Shown piece after piece: positions 51,081 through 64,000 of a stretch of DNA of 64,000 bases. Positions within the stretch are counted from its first letter, which is position 1. Each line of letters begins with the position of its first letter. Below the pieces are notes generated by a model, which was not told the DNA's origin, ran no database searches, and saw nothing but the letters and a program-made list of their open reading frames with translations. A program made the position numbers and the translations under genes. Source of the stretch: Takakia lepidozioides. Taxonomy: Eukaryota > Plantae > Bryophyta. The stretch lies in the NCBI GenBank assembly GCA_030704615.1, contig CM060734.1:32116001-32180000 (forward strand). The letters run 5' to 3'.

Positions 51081-54000
51081 GCATACAAACAGGATATCAC
51101 GAAATTCGCTTTTCTACGCAAAGAAATGAAAGAGCGCTTCGTCTCAGCTGTTTCGTACCTTCAACTCTGATTACCTGTTCTCTAAGTTTGCTTGTGTGCA
51201 TCACATTGAAAAGGGAGAGACGGAAGCTGGGAAAACCCATTCATGAATGTGGTCTCCAGAAACTTGGTGGAGCATGCCGCAAGCCAGAGACAGCTCCACC
51301 ATGTCCTAGAGGTCGCACTTCCTATTTCCTTAAGCTAAGGATCAGATTTGCCTGCCTTAAAAACCCATGTGGTTGGCCACCCATACGCCGACGCATGTAA
51401 ACGAGCTGGGGCCATCACTGACTTTGTGCGACACAACACTCTCGAGGACTCCATTCACCGGGTTTGTGACCTTTGCTTTTCTGTCTGAAACTAGTTCAAT
51501 CACTCTTTAGTGTAATCTCTAAATCTACGTAAATGCTGCTTGGTGATGCGCGGAGTGCTCAAAAGATGAAGAGTTCTAATCATCCAAAAATGGGTGTCAC
51601 TCCCAGGCGTACTCACCAGCAACTTTGCGCTTCAAAAACTTCCCAATCTTCCGATCCCGTTTTCGCCTTCTTCTTCTCTGCATGCATCCTTGTTTCTGAG
51701 GAATCGCTTTGAACAACCATGTACAGTAGTTTACGGTCCGTGCACCTCGCCCAGTCCCTCTCCCTCTTGCTGGCACTTGGAAACAAGCCTACTTGGAACG
51801 CAGGAGAAGGCGTTGAATTTGGATTCAATGAGCGCAATTCATTCAGCATGCAGTCAAAGTCTGGGCCTCTAATAATAGGTGCAACAACTGAATCCGAATG
51901 GAGGTCTGCGCAAGCTTTCAAAATATCACGTACATATGAGGTTCTCGTTGTCCCTCCTGCTAAAACAGTTTGCTAATCAATTATGAAGTACTATGGACCC
52001 GGATCCTGCTTTGAGTGCAACCTCGCCGATCCGTAAATTTGATACTGGCAATGGAAATCGGGCCGTGATCTTCACCACTTGCGCAGTGACATTCTGTCGT
52101 TTAACTTTCAAGAAAAAACTGAGTGGTCTGTGGACAGGCATGACCTTATCTTTTCAGACTTCGGACCGTCATAGGGTCATCACCTTGTTCAAACATAGTA
52201 GTAAGGAACCTCAGACCCTCCGACCTTACTTGAAATGTCATCTTTGGCTCCCAGAGCACTGAAATTCGACCAGGTGGACGAGTTGATTTCTACGCCCAGC
52301 TTGGAAAGCCTGGGCGGATTGATGATCCGAGGGCAGTGCAGTGGGTGCCCAGCAAACGTGAAACGCCCGCTGAATTAAAATATGCCACAGGGAAGATTGA
52401 TATGCGCAGCCTGAGGTCTGTTTCTGCTCCCCCCTGCCACCAGAACTGCACAGACAAGTAAATGCACTTGCCACATGTTCTCTCACTTCAATGCACGAGA
52501 CAATCGTTCTCTCCATCTCCATGTATTTTGTGGATCTGATTGATAGCTTTTTGGGGAAATTTCACGAGTACCCACTTCTCCCCCGTTTCTATATAGACAA
52601 GTCCCAGAACCGCTGAAATGAGCCATTGGTCAGTTAAATCCTTGCAAATCAGTCAGCCGTCCTCCGATCTGGGAAGATGGAGAGGTGTTTGTGGCACTGA
52701 CCAGTTCCAGTACAGGCTAGAGCTCTGATATTCAATTCTTTCAAGCGGACGGACGGGCAGGTGAAAGCCACTGTAGTGCTCAATGTGGCATGCTTTCAGC
52801 TATGGTGTTATGGCTCATCAAATTTGGAGCATTTTGTAGGCAATTTATAGGTACCACAGAGGGAAATTGCAAACCAACTGTAAGAACGCTCTCAGTAGGT
52901 GATCTCCCGTACAAAGACACCTACTTACCCACGCGGAGAGAGTTTGATCCCATCAAAGATGACAACGCAGAGGTTATGGAGGGTGGCTACAGTGGTCATA
53001 TCCATGCCAAGCAGGTCTGTCATTCTAAAACCCGTGAGGTCGCAATCTATGTTGGCCAGCATCATGTGGGCACGTTTGATATCTACGTCTCTGCATACCT
53101 TGAATCAACTCATCTTCTCTCACTAGTTAGGGGAATTAGATACTGGGCACCAGTTCATACCGGTCCGGCTGTTTGCAATGATCCTTTGACACGCTGCGTT
53201 CACTGCTGAAACTAAAGCTGTTTGACAAACTGCAGCATGTGTTTGCCTTTCGGGAAGACTTCCCGAGAATTGAAGCCTCTTCCAGCTGATCCCTCAACTT
53301 CCCGAGTGTACATCGACTACGCCGACAATCGCCCCCTGGTCACAAACGAATACGAGCTAAACCGCCCCATGAACTTTCACCACTTGCAATTGTTGCCTCA
53401 TGGAGAAGGAAGCTTAGGACCACTGCCTGACGGCGCTCGATGAAGCGTTTTGTGGACTCAACCACGAAACACAACTTAGTCACAGTCTCAGTGAATGTGT
53501 TGATCATTGATGAAGCACTAACCAAACATGGAAATTCATACTGGTTGTGAAAGCTTCTCATCTTCATTACACTCCTTAGCTGATGGATGTCAATGAACTG
53601 TCAGTGATCACTAAGCCCACCAACATGTGTATCTAGTGGGCATGTTCATTCTCACATATGCGAGGACAGAAACAAGGTCAAGACAAACCAGTGGAAGAGG
53701 GGGGGGGTTGGTCACAATTTGCAAATGATTACCTTGAAGGCAACCCTTCTATTATCTGCTGAGAGTTGCTTGCAAAAGTTTTCTATTGACGAAGTAAACC
53801 GCAGACCCTTCAAGACTTCTAATCACATCCTTAAATCTGACTTCATGCAAACTATTTTTGAGGGGTCATGCTGCTGCTATAGGAAAGACAGCATCAGTAA
53901 GCTATTGGCCGCAACCATGGTTACACCCCAGCTAAAACTAGATTACTCTTCCAAATGGGGTTGCAATTACATATTATTAAAATCTTTGGCAGCTAAACTG

Positions 54001-54761
54001 TACCAAGTTTACTGGCAGGGGAGGTCTCTCCATATATGTGGAGACAGAGAAGACTTCTTTCTTGTATGCACCAGAGGCCTACACAAGCTGCTACAATCAC
54101 AACGATTTCTTGTCGATGTGGACGCCGGCCCTTGAAATGTTCAATACTCAATTCAACTCTGTAACCATTTGTAATTTGAATATTGCCTGAGTTTCAACCC
54201 CTGGTCCATAAAAACCATTGGTTCAAAAGTTTGGCTTCATGGACACCATTACCTTCACCAGCATCCACAGGACTATGCCATCAGTTTCTTCGTGGACCCC
54301 AATTTTAGCACCAGCAATTTAGGAAAGAAGAAGCCCCCAAACAGTTGAGGCACGATTTTCATGATAGACTGACAACATCAAGAGCATAGAAATGACTGTG
54401 AGGTACACACACAGTATCTGCACAGGAAATTTTAGCACAGAGGAATATATTTGGTGCAGAGTGTCAATGACCTGTAATTATGATTGCAACACTGTTGTTC
54501 TTCCCTTGGTTCCCCAACCTTTGATTGCTTGGTATAACTTTGATGGGGGAGAGGAGATATCAAACGATTATACAGCTTTCCTTGTGCCAAACACAGAAGC
54601 AATAGCCAATTCTTTTCCACGGCCTTTTGAAGTCTCTTCAACCATGTACAGATTTCATATGTGCTCACTTGTGTCAGAAGAGGGCTCAGCAAGGTGAAAA
54701 GCCTGGGATCACAACACCCTGTGTCTCCATATGCCTTGGCCGATGCAACTAAGTTAAGCCA

Positions 54762-57700
54762 TCAGACCTTCCCGAAGACACTGATTGCCCCGTCCACCCC
54801 AGACACATAGATCTGCTTTGTCTTCTCATTCCATTTCATGTCAGTGCAGGGCCCTGCTGGAGGGAGCGGTGTGAGTGGTGACAAAAGTGACCCTGCAAGC
54901 CCCATGCCCAGAAGCTCCAAACAATATAGACCCTTGCGAGTTGTGAGAGCAAGGGCTTCCCTTTGAGGACTCGCAGCGATATGCATGATTGGCTTTTCAT
55001 CTGGGATGACCGACAACAGAGGGGTCCCACCTGTTCTGATGTCCCAGAGATATATGGCCCCATCTACCCCAGAGCTGCTTACTGTGTGATTGTCAAGCAT
55101 GGCGATCCCAGAAACAGGCTTCAGGTTTTGGTGTGCAAATTGCCGAACTGGGGCAGTAGGCTTAGATTTGAGGTCCCACAGGCGGACCAACCCATCGCTA
55201 CCACCTGTAGTTGAAAAAACCTCAGATAGATGAGTTAATATATGCATGTTCAAACAGTGGGGTCTGCCAGGGTGAGTGTTGTTGCAGAAACTTCAAATCA
55301 TCTATTCTTACTCCACGACCACCTCAACTGCACCAAGTTGTCTCAGACAGTATAGCTACCAAAAGCATATGGGACAAGTAATTTGAGCAATCCTAATCCT
55401 ACAATGTCCATATCAGGGTTCGATTTGTGCCAAGGATTATCTAATGTAATCCATGGCAGCTCCTATCTTTTATTCAGATAGTGGAGCAAGCACAGGTCAA
55501 GGTTGCAACAAGCGAGTGCAACCTCAGTACTAACACTAAGTGTGTGAGCAGCATACCTGTGAAGAGGGCACATGCAAATGCACTTCGGTGTAGGCTTGTG
55601 ATTGGCGAGTCGTGAGCTTTCCAGAAAGCCTTGGGGGAGACTGCAGCCGCTGGGTTGGCGGAGGCAGCTGCCAGCTCATAGACCAGAACATCTCCATTAA
55701 TTGTAGCTGCTAGAGATGTAAGAAGGGGCCCACCCAGAGGCTGCAGTGACACCAAGTGGAGCAACCCAGGGCCACTAGGTGCCTGCCTCCGTAATGCAAA
55801 TATGCCTGTGTCTGGAACTCGAATCATGCCCTGCCAGTTTGACATGATTTCAGCAACAACACTAGTGTGAAAATCTTCTGAAGAAAATATATCTTGAAAT
55901 CATTTCAGATAACAACTACAAGAGCAGTAACTTCCTATTTTGACAAGCATCTGGTGAGAGGGAGAAGCATTGGAGAGACACTGTTGGAAGGGATAGGGGA
56001 ATCTTCAAATTTAGCTTAACCAACCTGGGAGAAAACTTAAACCAGATACTGTAATCCTAAGGCCTACATACAGCCGAAAAGCCATTTATGTGAATCTGAA
56101 GTATATATGTAGATATACAAATTTGAGAGACTAGTAAACTATGAACCCACATCTGAGAGGTAACCAATGATAAAGATAAAGATAAAGATAAAGATAACGA
56201 TAAAGATTCTTTAACGTGATAGAAATAACGTGATAACCAATGATAGAAAGATAACCCCACATCCACGGTAAAGAAGAGCAAGACCAAAGGCAGAAGTGCC
56301 ATATATAAAGATATGCATGTGCATATGACAAGGGATAGAGAAAGAAAGAGAGGAACACACCTTGTAGTTGAAGAAAGACTCTCCTGCCAGACTATGGAGA
56401 GAAATGCAAAAGCCTGAGTCCCTTGGGTGTGCAGAAACGGCTAACAACAGCTTCGCCCCACGGTCACAGTCCATGTCCTCCATTATGAACTCAGTTGTCT
56501 GTGAATGCATAACCTGCACCAGAAACAGTCACCAAAAAGTTGGCCTACGTGTCTTATCATGCAAGTCAAACTCCCAACCTAACCTAAAACTATTCTTTAC
56601 CTGAAGAGCTGGTTCTGTAGGCCTGGGATAGGCTGTGCATTCCCACAAATTCAGTAGCTTCCTCGAGGAGCTAACAAGCCAGCCTGTGTGGGCCTCCCCG
56701 CCAGCCAGACCATCCAAGTCTGGCGCATAGAGCATGCCTGTCACAATTTCCCGATTGTGTTCAGCAGCTGCAGTAGTCCACCGCCCCTTCCATGAACTTG
56801 AAGTTTCTAGCACTCGAACGACTCCAGCGGTCCCCGGAATCGCTTCCACTTGTATCTGAGGTGTCTGTAATATAAGAAAATAAATAATCGTTACAATTAT
56901 TTTTCATGCACTTGAAGCCATGGGCTTGGTCTTTTGAGTCAAGCAGGCAAGAGGAGAGGTGGAAGGGATTATTTATTTACCATTTCCCCTGAACATTGGC
57001 TACAACTACTCTTCCAGGCATAGTCCCAACAAACACTTGTCTGTGGCATCGGCAGTCGTCGTGAGAGAGCAAGACAGAAGAGATACTTGGAGAAGTGGGT
57101 ACCTCTTGTTGCCCCCGCCCCCCTGCCTGCCCTCTCCCATACTGCCCAAGAGCCACTTGTTGAATAAGCATTGGATTAGCTGGTGCTTGTGGCAACCCTC
57201 TACTAATGGGAGCTGTTCCTGGAGTACTTGGCCTTCCTTGGGGAAAGCCTGGCAATCCGGGTACCCCTTGTCCTGTTTGGAGAGTGCCATTTCTCCCTGA
57301 CTCAATGACCCCCTGTGCTGCACTCTCCGATCCAAGCCCTGGCTCAGGAGGAATCCCAGGTGGGCCCTTCCCAACTTGAATAACTGGGCGTACAACCCCA
57401 GGTCCACTTGGCTGCCCAAGTCCCACCTGGAAAAAGCATTGATTTAATTGTGTCAAACATAGTTCGGCATCAAGATGTGTTACTTTTTTCTAGCTCAGGT
57501 TCAAAGCTGATCTGAGGATAAACTTAACCCTGGTGGGTGCAACCACACAAAAGGCTCCAGGAGGGTTAGTTTCCCACGGGGTTGATGGCCATAAGGCTAT
57601 GGCAGTCCAATGTCACAGGGAATGGCATGAGTGTATTCCCTTTCTCTCTCTCTCTCTCCCTGGGGACCCCATGGGGAGAGTACAAAGTTTCTTTTCACTG

Positions 57701-59138
57701 TCTCTCTCCATATGGCGGGAACAATAAATGAGTATATCTCTGCATACATTTGTGGCCCTTAATGTGAGAATACAGAATGATTCGATGGTGGAGCTGTTAC
57801 ACTTGACCTCTAAGAGGTTTCCGTGCAATTCAATGGCCACATGCTTGAATTGGTGTACCATTCTCGTATCATGAATACAAAATATACCAGTTGGTCAGTT
57901 GATTTGGCAATAGAACCTCCTATTTATATAAGAAGTTTGAATACCAAACCATGAATATTCTCTTCACAAATATTGCTGTTATATCTGAGATTAAAAATAT
58001 TACCAGAAGGGTTGATAAGTTCAAGCTCATAGGCCTAAAGCCCTAAGCCCAGTAAGGGTTTCAGAAAGATTGGAAGGCAGTGTGCTTAAGTTGGTCTTCT
58101 GTTAAATGCCTGGGTATTGAAATGCAAAAGACATTGATTCTTTCCTTGATTTGAACCAGACCAAAGTTGTTATGCTGAATTGAATCTATTCAAATTCTCG
58201 AGTTTACAACATGCACTCTCTAAAAAACAAACACTTTGACAATACCCTGTGACAATCAGAAACTGGAGGGGCAGGGAAAGCAGGTCATAGTTCAAATGTT
58301 ACAATCCGAGTCCTTTCTCAGCATCATGAACAAAGGACAAAATCTTTCCTTGAATGCAAATAAGGCAGCCCACCTGACTTGTCGCTGTGGGGATCCTTGA
58401 GGCCAAAACTGCTCCACCCAGGTTGCCTGGTCCTACTGCTCCGATCCCTGCCTCCACCCCTGCTGGCCTGGCAATGCCACGCCCAAAACCCCCTCTCCCT
58501 ACATTTCGTAGATCCACTTGCCCATGATCTGCCTGGTGAAGACCAAGCTGTCCAAATTGTGCTTGAAGGCCTGGCAACGATCCCTGCGCAGGCACCCAGC
58601 TGCCGGTCTGTGCACCGGCTACTTGGCTGCCACCTGATGTTGCCGGAATTGCCCTCTGCGCACCAATAGGATTTTGCAGCCTGGCAGGACTCCTTGGTCG
58701 CCCGATGGGGGTGGGTCGAGAAACACCACCTGGTGGACCAATGGGGGGAAGGGTGGACGAGAGAGAAGGTGCCCCGCTACCAATATCAATCCCATCTCTG
58801 AGTCTCTCTGTAGAAAGGGACACGACAGGGCCTAATCCTAGCCCAAGTCCTAGATCTAAGCCCAGACGCTGTTGCAATGCCGCAACAGAAGGGGTGATAA
58901 CATTCACAGGGGGCCCTGGCCTGCCCTGGCCAGGCCCTACCGGAGTCTGATGCGAAGCATTTCCGGAGGTGTGCGAAGCTTGAACTGGAAACTTGGGGAG
59001 CGTGTTGGGGACAAGAGAGAGATGACTAACCACAGAGTGCAACAATGCGATGGTTCGAGACAGCTCGTTCTTGTCCAGCTGGATCACTGCCTCGTTCCTG
59101 CCCCTCTGTAATTGCTCCGGTATATTGACATAACCCAT
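54762..59138 (-). CDS. WD40-repeat protein with long Gly/Pro/Gln-rich N-terminal region, ~6 exons
   Basis: Approximate exons 59138-58374, 57426-57103, 56865-56601, 56512-56362, 55834-55557, 55205-54762. Motifs AHDSPITSL, GGSDGLVRLWDL, SSGVDGAIYLWDIR. Confidence 0.75.
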
Positions 59139-60146
59139 GTCCCTTTTCCTTGACGAATGTACACAACACTTGGCACCTTGGTGCTGTGTCTACCTCAGCC
59201 GGTATGCATTCAACTTGTCAACTAGAATGGCATACCCGGCTCCTCCCCTTCACTCCATCTCTGTACGCTTCAAATCTTGGCTATGTAACTCACGGTAGAT
59301 ATGGATATGGATACCAGTCTAATGCCACAGTCAGAGGGTACAATCTCCATTGTCTCTCATCTTGGATTCATTGTTTCCAACCATATGACATCTGCATACT
59401 CAAAATGCCTCTATGAAATGCCAGAAATCCGCTTGCCGGATTCTTTCAACAATCATCCTTAATGACCCAAGCTAATGCAAGCCCATCTCCTCTTCACGAG
59501 CATTGAACACCTTCTTGAACGCCTTCATTAGCACCTTCTCCTCCTGCTCAGAGATGCTCGTAGACTGCCTCTAAACCTAAAAGGACATCGGTAATTCAAG
59601 CCTGCTTGCGATTAGCGGAAACCAGCTCCTAGTTCGTTGGTGGGACTCGACGGTGATCGTCTCGTTCGTCCATACTTCGTCTTCTTAAACGTTTGCTTCG
59701 GGGCTGACGGTATCTTCCTCAGATAGAGAAACGTTTCCTTCTCCTCGATCGTCATGTCCATGTCGGTTGATGTCGCGCAGGTCACTTAGCGCATCGGTGA
59801 CAGCAAAATCTTGCTCAGATATTCTCTGGGTGCTCATCTTTCGTTCACGGCTGTTTTTCAATATCTCAGATGTTGGCATGGCAAAGACAATTTATGAAAT
59901 AGGTGTTCGGGCTTCTAAGAAGCATCGCAAGAGGTGGAATTCAAGAGGTGGGGAATGTCGCAGCTGATCTTATTCAGAAGGGGAACTGAGAAAGGGAATT
60001 CGGTGTACTTTTCAAGCCCTGAGGTTTCCAGTTTCCACCTTAACCCAGAGATTGCAAAGAGTATTGCAAAGAGTATTACATCCTTGCATTTTTTCCTCTT
60101 GAGAGTTTGTCACAGTTTTTGAGGTGGTTTGAAGAGCAAAGGAAAA

Positions 60147-61866
60147 ATGCCTGCTATGGCTGAGGCACTCCCGAGGGAAGACCACATATCTTCACAAGAG
60201 CCGGCAATCTGTGGCGAAGTGCCTCCCCTTTTCTCAGCATTTGTAGACACATTTGTGGATTTTGTGGTGGGAGGCCAGTTTCTTGGATCGATTGCACCTT
60301 CTTTGAACCAGAAGCTCTTGCATCCGGCAGGGCGAAAGGTTTCAGATAAAGAGGATGCATCGGATGAAGAGATATCGGCAGATGCACGGTCAAAATCGGA
60401 CCCAAGTATTTCGTACACGTCGGAAGGAACGGAGAGTGAGGGGGAAGGGTTACTGACATGGTTGCCTGCCCCGGAGCGGCTGATTGCAATCGGAGACATT
60501 CATGGAGATTTGACAAAGGCTCGAGAGGCCCTGCGCGTAGGACATGTAATTGATGAGGATGATCATTGGATTGGTGGAAAGACAGTGGTTGTCCAGGTAT
60601 GTGCATCATTGTTGAGTACTCCCATCATACGGTTGCAACAGCATTTGATATTTTCTTTTCCCTACATGTTCTCTTCCCTAATTCCATACAACACTGTATC
60701 TCTGCTGGTAGATATCTGAGGGTCCTTCGAGGGTCTATCCGTTCCAGGAAAGGTCATTGAGTTTATCTTTGATGGGACAGTCTCTGGTTTGCAGGTGGGT
60801 GACTTGCTAGATAGAGGTGGGGAAGAAATTAAAATTATATACTTGCTCGAGAAGCTGCGAAAGGAGGCCCAACGGGCAGGTGGAGATGTCCACATCATGA
60901 ATGGAAACCATGAAATCATGAACATGGAGGGTGATTTTCGTTATGCCACTCATGCAGCCTTGGATGAATTCCGCACCTGGGCTCACTGGTACAACCTTGG
61001 TAATGTGCTTAAGGACAAGTGCAATGGCCTAGGAAAACAGCCTGACTTATTTCAGAACATCCCGGACAGCTACCCTACAGGTTTGAGAGCAAGAATGGCA
61101 GCATTAAGACCTGGTGGTCCAATAGCTTCTCGTTTTCTTTCTAAGCACCCAACTGTATTGGTGGTTGGAGGAACAGTGTTTGTGCATGGTGGGCTCTTAC
61201 CCACTCATGTGGAGCATGGGCTGGATCGGATTAACGAGGAGGTGAGAGTTCATCTTTCTTTGTTTGTCTTTTTGGGAGAGGAAAACTGAAGAAGAAAAGA
61301 TGAACAAGTATTATCTCCATGAGAGTCCAGGGTTACAGTCAAACATTAGGAGGGAGAGTGTGAGTCAGTGCATTTCTACTGTCGCCTTGCTGGAGAATAA
61401 CAAGTGGAAATTACGAACTCAGGTGAGAGACTGGATGCTGGGGAGAAACGGGTGGCGGGCCCCGCCCTACCTGCATGGAGGTGATGCCGTTGTGTGGCTC
61501 CGTAAATACTCAGAAAGGAAGGAAAGTGAATGTGACTGCAAGCTTCTAAGCCAGTGCCTTTCTTCAATAGATGGAGTAAAGCGGATGGTAGTTGGGCATA
61601 CCATTCAGGAACGGGAAGTGGGAATTAATGGTGCCTGTGACAACAACGTAATCAGGGTCGATGTGGGTATGTCCAAAGGCTGTGGAGATAGACCTCCTGA
61701 AGTGCTGGAGATTCGGGGGGATAGGGAATTGCGTGTACTTTCAACACACGCTCCTCCCCATCTGATTGACACTGGAAGTACAGTGGATGAGCGTACAAAT
61801 ACTAAAACAGACAAGAGGCCTGGCCTTGCATCGCTGTTACCTGAGGAACCCAAGACCTACACATAG
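60147..61866 (+). CDS. SLP2: Shewanella-like protein phosphatase 2 (PPP-family metallophosphoesterase), 3 exons
   Basis: Exons 60147-60596, 60795-61241, 61423-61866. Motifs GDIHGD, GDLLDRG, GNHE, VHGG, GHT, VDVGMS, plus the SLP2-type N-terminus FVDTFVDF and the CDC pair. Confidence 0.88.
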
Positions 61867-63009
61867 CTGTAGCTGTCACTTATTTGTTGAAGAAACTGGC
61901 AAAGTGAGCATGTTTTAGTAAATGGACCTTTTGGGTGCTTGAAAGGCATCTGAAGGAGATCAATTTCGCAGGTGCAGGTCTTCTAGTCTTATGGAGGGGC
62001 CGCTGAGTTGGACGATGATTTTTTCATTTCTAGGGTGGAATTGGTGGTTTACAAGATGGGATAGCTCTTCTCTCAACATGCAGGGTTTACAATTGCAAGA
62101 GAGCAACAGATTCTTCTCTCAGTCGGTGTCATTGGCGATGACAACAAAGCAAGCGATTACTTTGGTTCAATGTGACTGGCATGCCAGGTGGCATAAGTCT
62201 CCATTGGGATGTCAACATGGAATATGGGCCAGAATTTATGACTAGCACAGCATCTGTCCACTTGACCGGTCCTTTGCACAGCGATCATGTCTAGTTAAGG
62301 GTCAGCTTCTAGACAGAGTGTGAAGTGGGATTTATATTTGTGTCCAAGACATTCTGGCACCAGTTTGTTCTGTTTATCCCTATCTCATCGTTCAAGACAG
62401 GGACACAATGACACTGGCAGAAGCCGGACACGAAGAAAGCCCCTCCTTCCCAGTAAGGAGCTACCCTCTTATCTTGGGGGATCTCTCGGCTAAGCTCTCT
62501 AAGCCATGGGAAGTTGGTGCTGTAGAGGTAGGGCTTCTATGAGCAAATCAGAGCCTCATATTTAGGCCATTGGAAAATGCAGAACGGACTGTCAAAAACT
62601 CTGGTCTGTTTGAAGATCAAATGTAGTTAATCTGCTTACTACGATTTTTCCTAAGGTATACTAGGGTAGCCTGCTCCTTTGGCCCAAGTATCCAATGTCA
62701 TCTAAGTCCAAGTGCAAGATCTCCTATGTATCCCAATGCGTCTCCTATGTTGAGGCCCAAGTGCGACATAAGTCCAAGTGCAAACAAACAAACAAACAAA
62801 CAAATCGCCTTGCTTCATATATTGACTTGACAGTTTTGGCGCCCTTTTTTATATTCTTTTAGGGTTCAGAGGTCAGAGGTTGTGACTGCGAAGAAATTCG
62901 GAATTCAGTTTGCGCTGGCGTACCTCCTTCTTCCCTCCGTTCAATCTCTCACCCACGCTTGTGCAATTTGTGTGTGAACGTGAGAGAGGGAGAGGACTGC
63001 CCTCAATTC

Positions 63010-64000
63010 ATGTTTCTTCCACGTTGTCTGCGTGCACCCACCGCCTCCCGGCCTTTGTCTTCTCCATCTGCATCAGCCCCAACTACTGCAATTCCTGTTC
63101 CTTCAGAACTTGCCCATGGTCGCTTGCCCCTTCCCTGTTCTAGGGGTAAACAACTTCCATCAGGAGCACCATGCCAGCCCTCTGTCCCTCATGGGCTGAC
63201 AGTGCCTGTCACATTGAGATTGGTCGGCGATGGAGGGAAATCAACTGATTTTCTTCGATTAGAGGAGTCGCCGACCTCAGCTGGGGAGGATCGGCCGTCA
63301 TCCAGCGAAGAATCCAGGAGAGAAGTTGTATTAGTGGCTCAAACAGATGTCATCCCTTTCAGAGGAGGAGTTGCGGCTGCACCCACTGGAAATAATTCAG
63401 TGGCACTATCACCTGCCGTGGAGGATGCAACACGGAATTTTGAAGCTGAGGCAGTTTCATTTCAAATTCGGGCGAATTCGCAAGTTGTTGATCGGCAAAC
63501 AGGAATAGTTTTCGCAAAGAACGATGAAGAGATGGGAGTGTTGGATATGGCGGCTGTGTCTGTTGTGCCCGTCCACCCCTCTGGCCATAGTGATGAGCAA
63601 GGTGAGGGCTTTACATTGATGCTTTAAATCGTAGTAGCAGCGAGGTTTTCTGGTATTTGAATTCCCCATCTGTGTTTGTGTTCGCCTCTGTGTGTGTGCG
63701 CGCACGTGTGCCTGTTGTGTTACAGAGAGAAGCTGTCACAATTTCCTGAGTGGTAAGCCTGGAAGGATTTTGGCAGATGATTCTGTGAAGGCAAGGAGCT
63801 TTGAACAGAGAGCTGCTGGACCGGGGGAGCCTAGTTGCGTCGTTTGCAATCGTTACGGAGAGTACATATGCGATGAAACGGATGACGATGTCTGTAGCTT
63901 GGAATGCAAGGCAGCCGTTCTGGCAGGCATATGGAAAACCGTCCCGTTGGTGAATTCCATTCCATCCTGCCCCGATGTCCCACAGACAGCTTCGACGAAT
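63010..64000 (+). CDS. RH41: 5' part of DEAD-box RNA helicase RH41/DDX59 (zf-HIT finger); continues beyond the window
   Basis: Exon 63010-63601 splices in frame to 63726 onward, giving [36 protein letters not shown]. Start codon uncertain. Confidence 0.8.

Noticed and set aside
59685-59879. Upstream exon of the WD40 gene
   Set aside because: The short ORF ends in a stop with no clear splice link; at most a uORF.

Overview
This is eukaryotic nuclear DNA from a land plant, most likely a non-seed plant with organellar C-to-U editing (inferred from a moss-like DYW-PPR gene and the intron-rich catalase). Apparently intact host genes are a TRM/LONGIFOLIA-family gene (1351-7519), a PLS-DYW PPR editing factor (31408 to ~34000, minus), an 11-exon catalase (44929-49481), a WD40 protein with a low-complexity N-terminus (minus), SLP2 phosphatase, and the 5' part of the RH41/DDX59 helicase. 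The 9.5-31 kb region is a nest of transposons: three orphan CACTA right ends, a TnpA-like remnant, hAT MITEs inserted in SINEs and LTR-like debris. A pogo-like element lies at 39.9-42.9 kb. The most notable item is the cargo between two CACTA ends (12.9-23.5 kb). It holds a divergent pair of decaying multidomain genes: [C2H2 finger, SIM, HhH domain resembling phage DNA-hypermodification transferases, Ulp1 SUMO protease] and [degenerate beta-class N6/N4 DNA-methyltransferase fold, acidic tract, SP repeats, degenerate FCP1/NIF phosphatase]. A triple hairpin separates the two genes, and captured PPR-gene fragments follow them. The remote-homology calls were made by eye and need HMM or structure confirmation.
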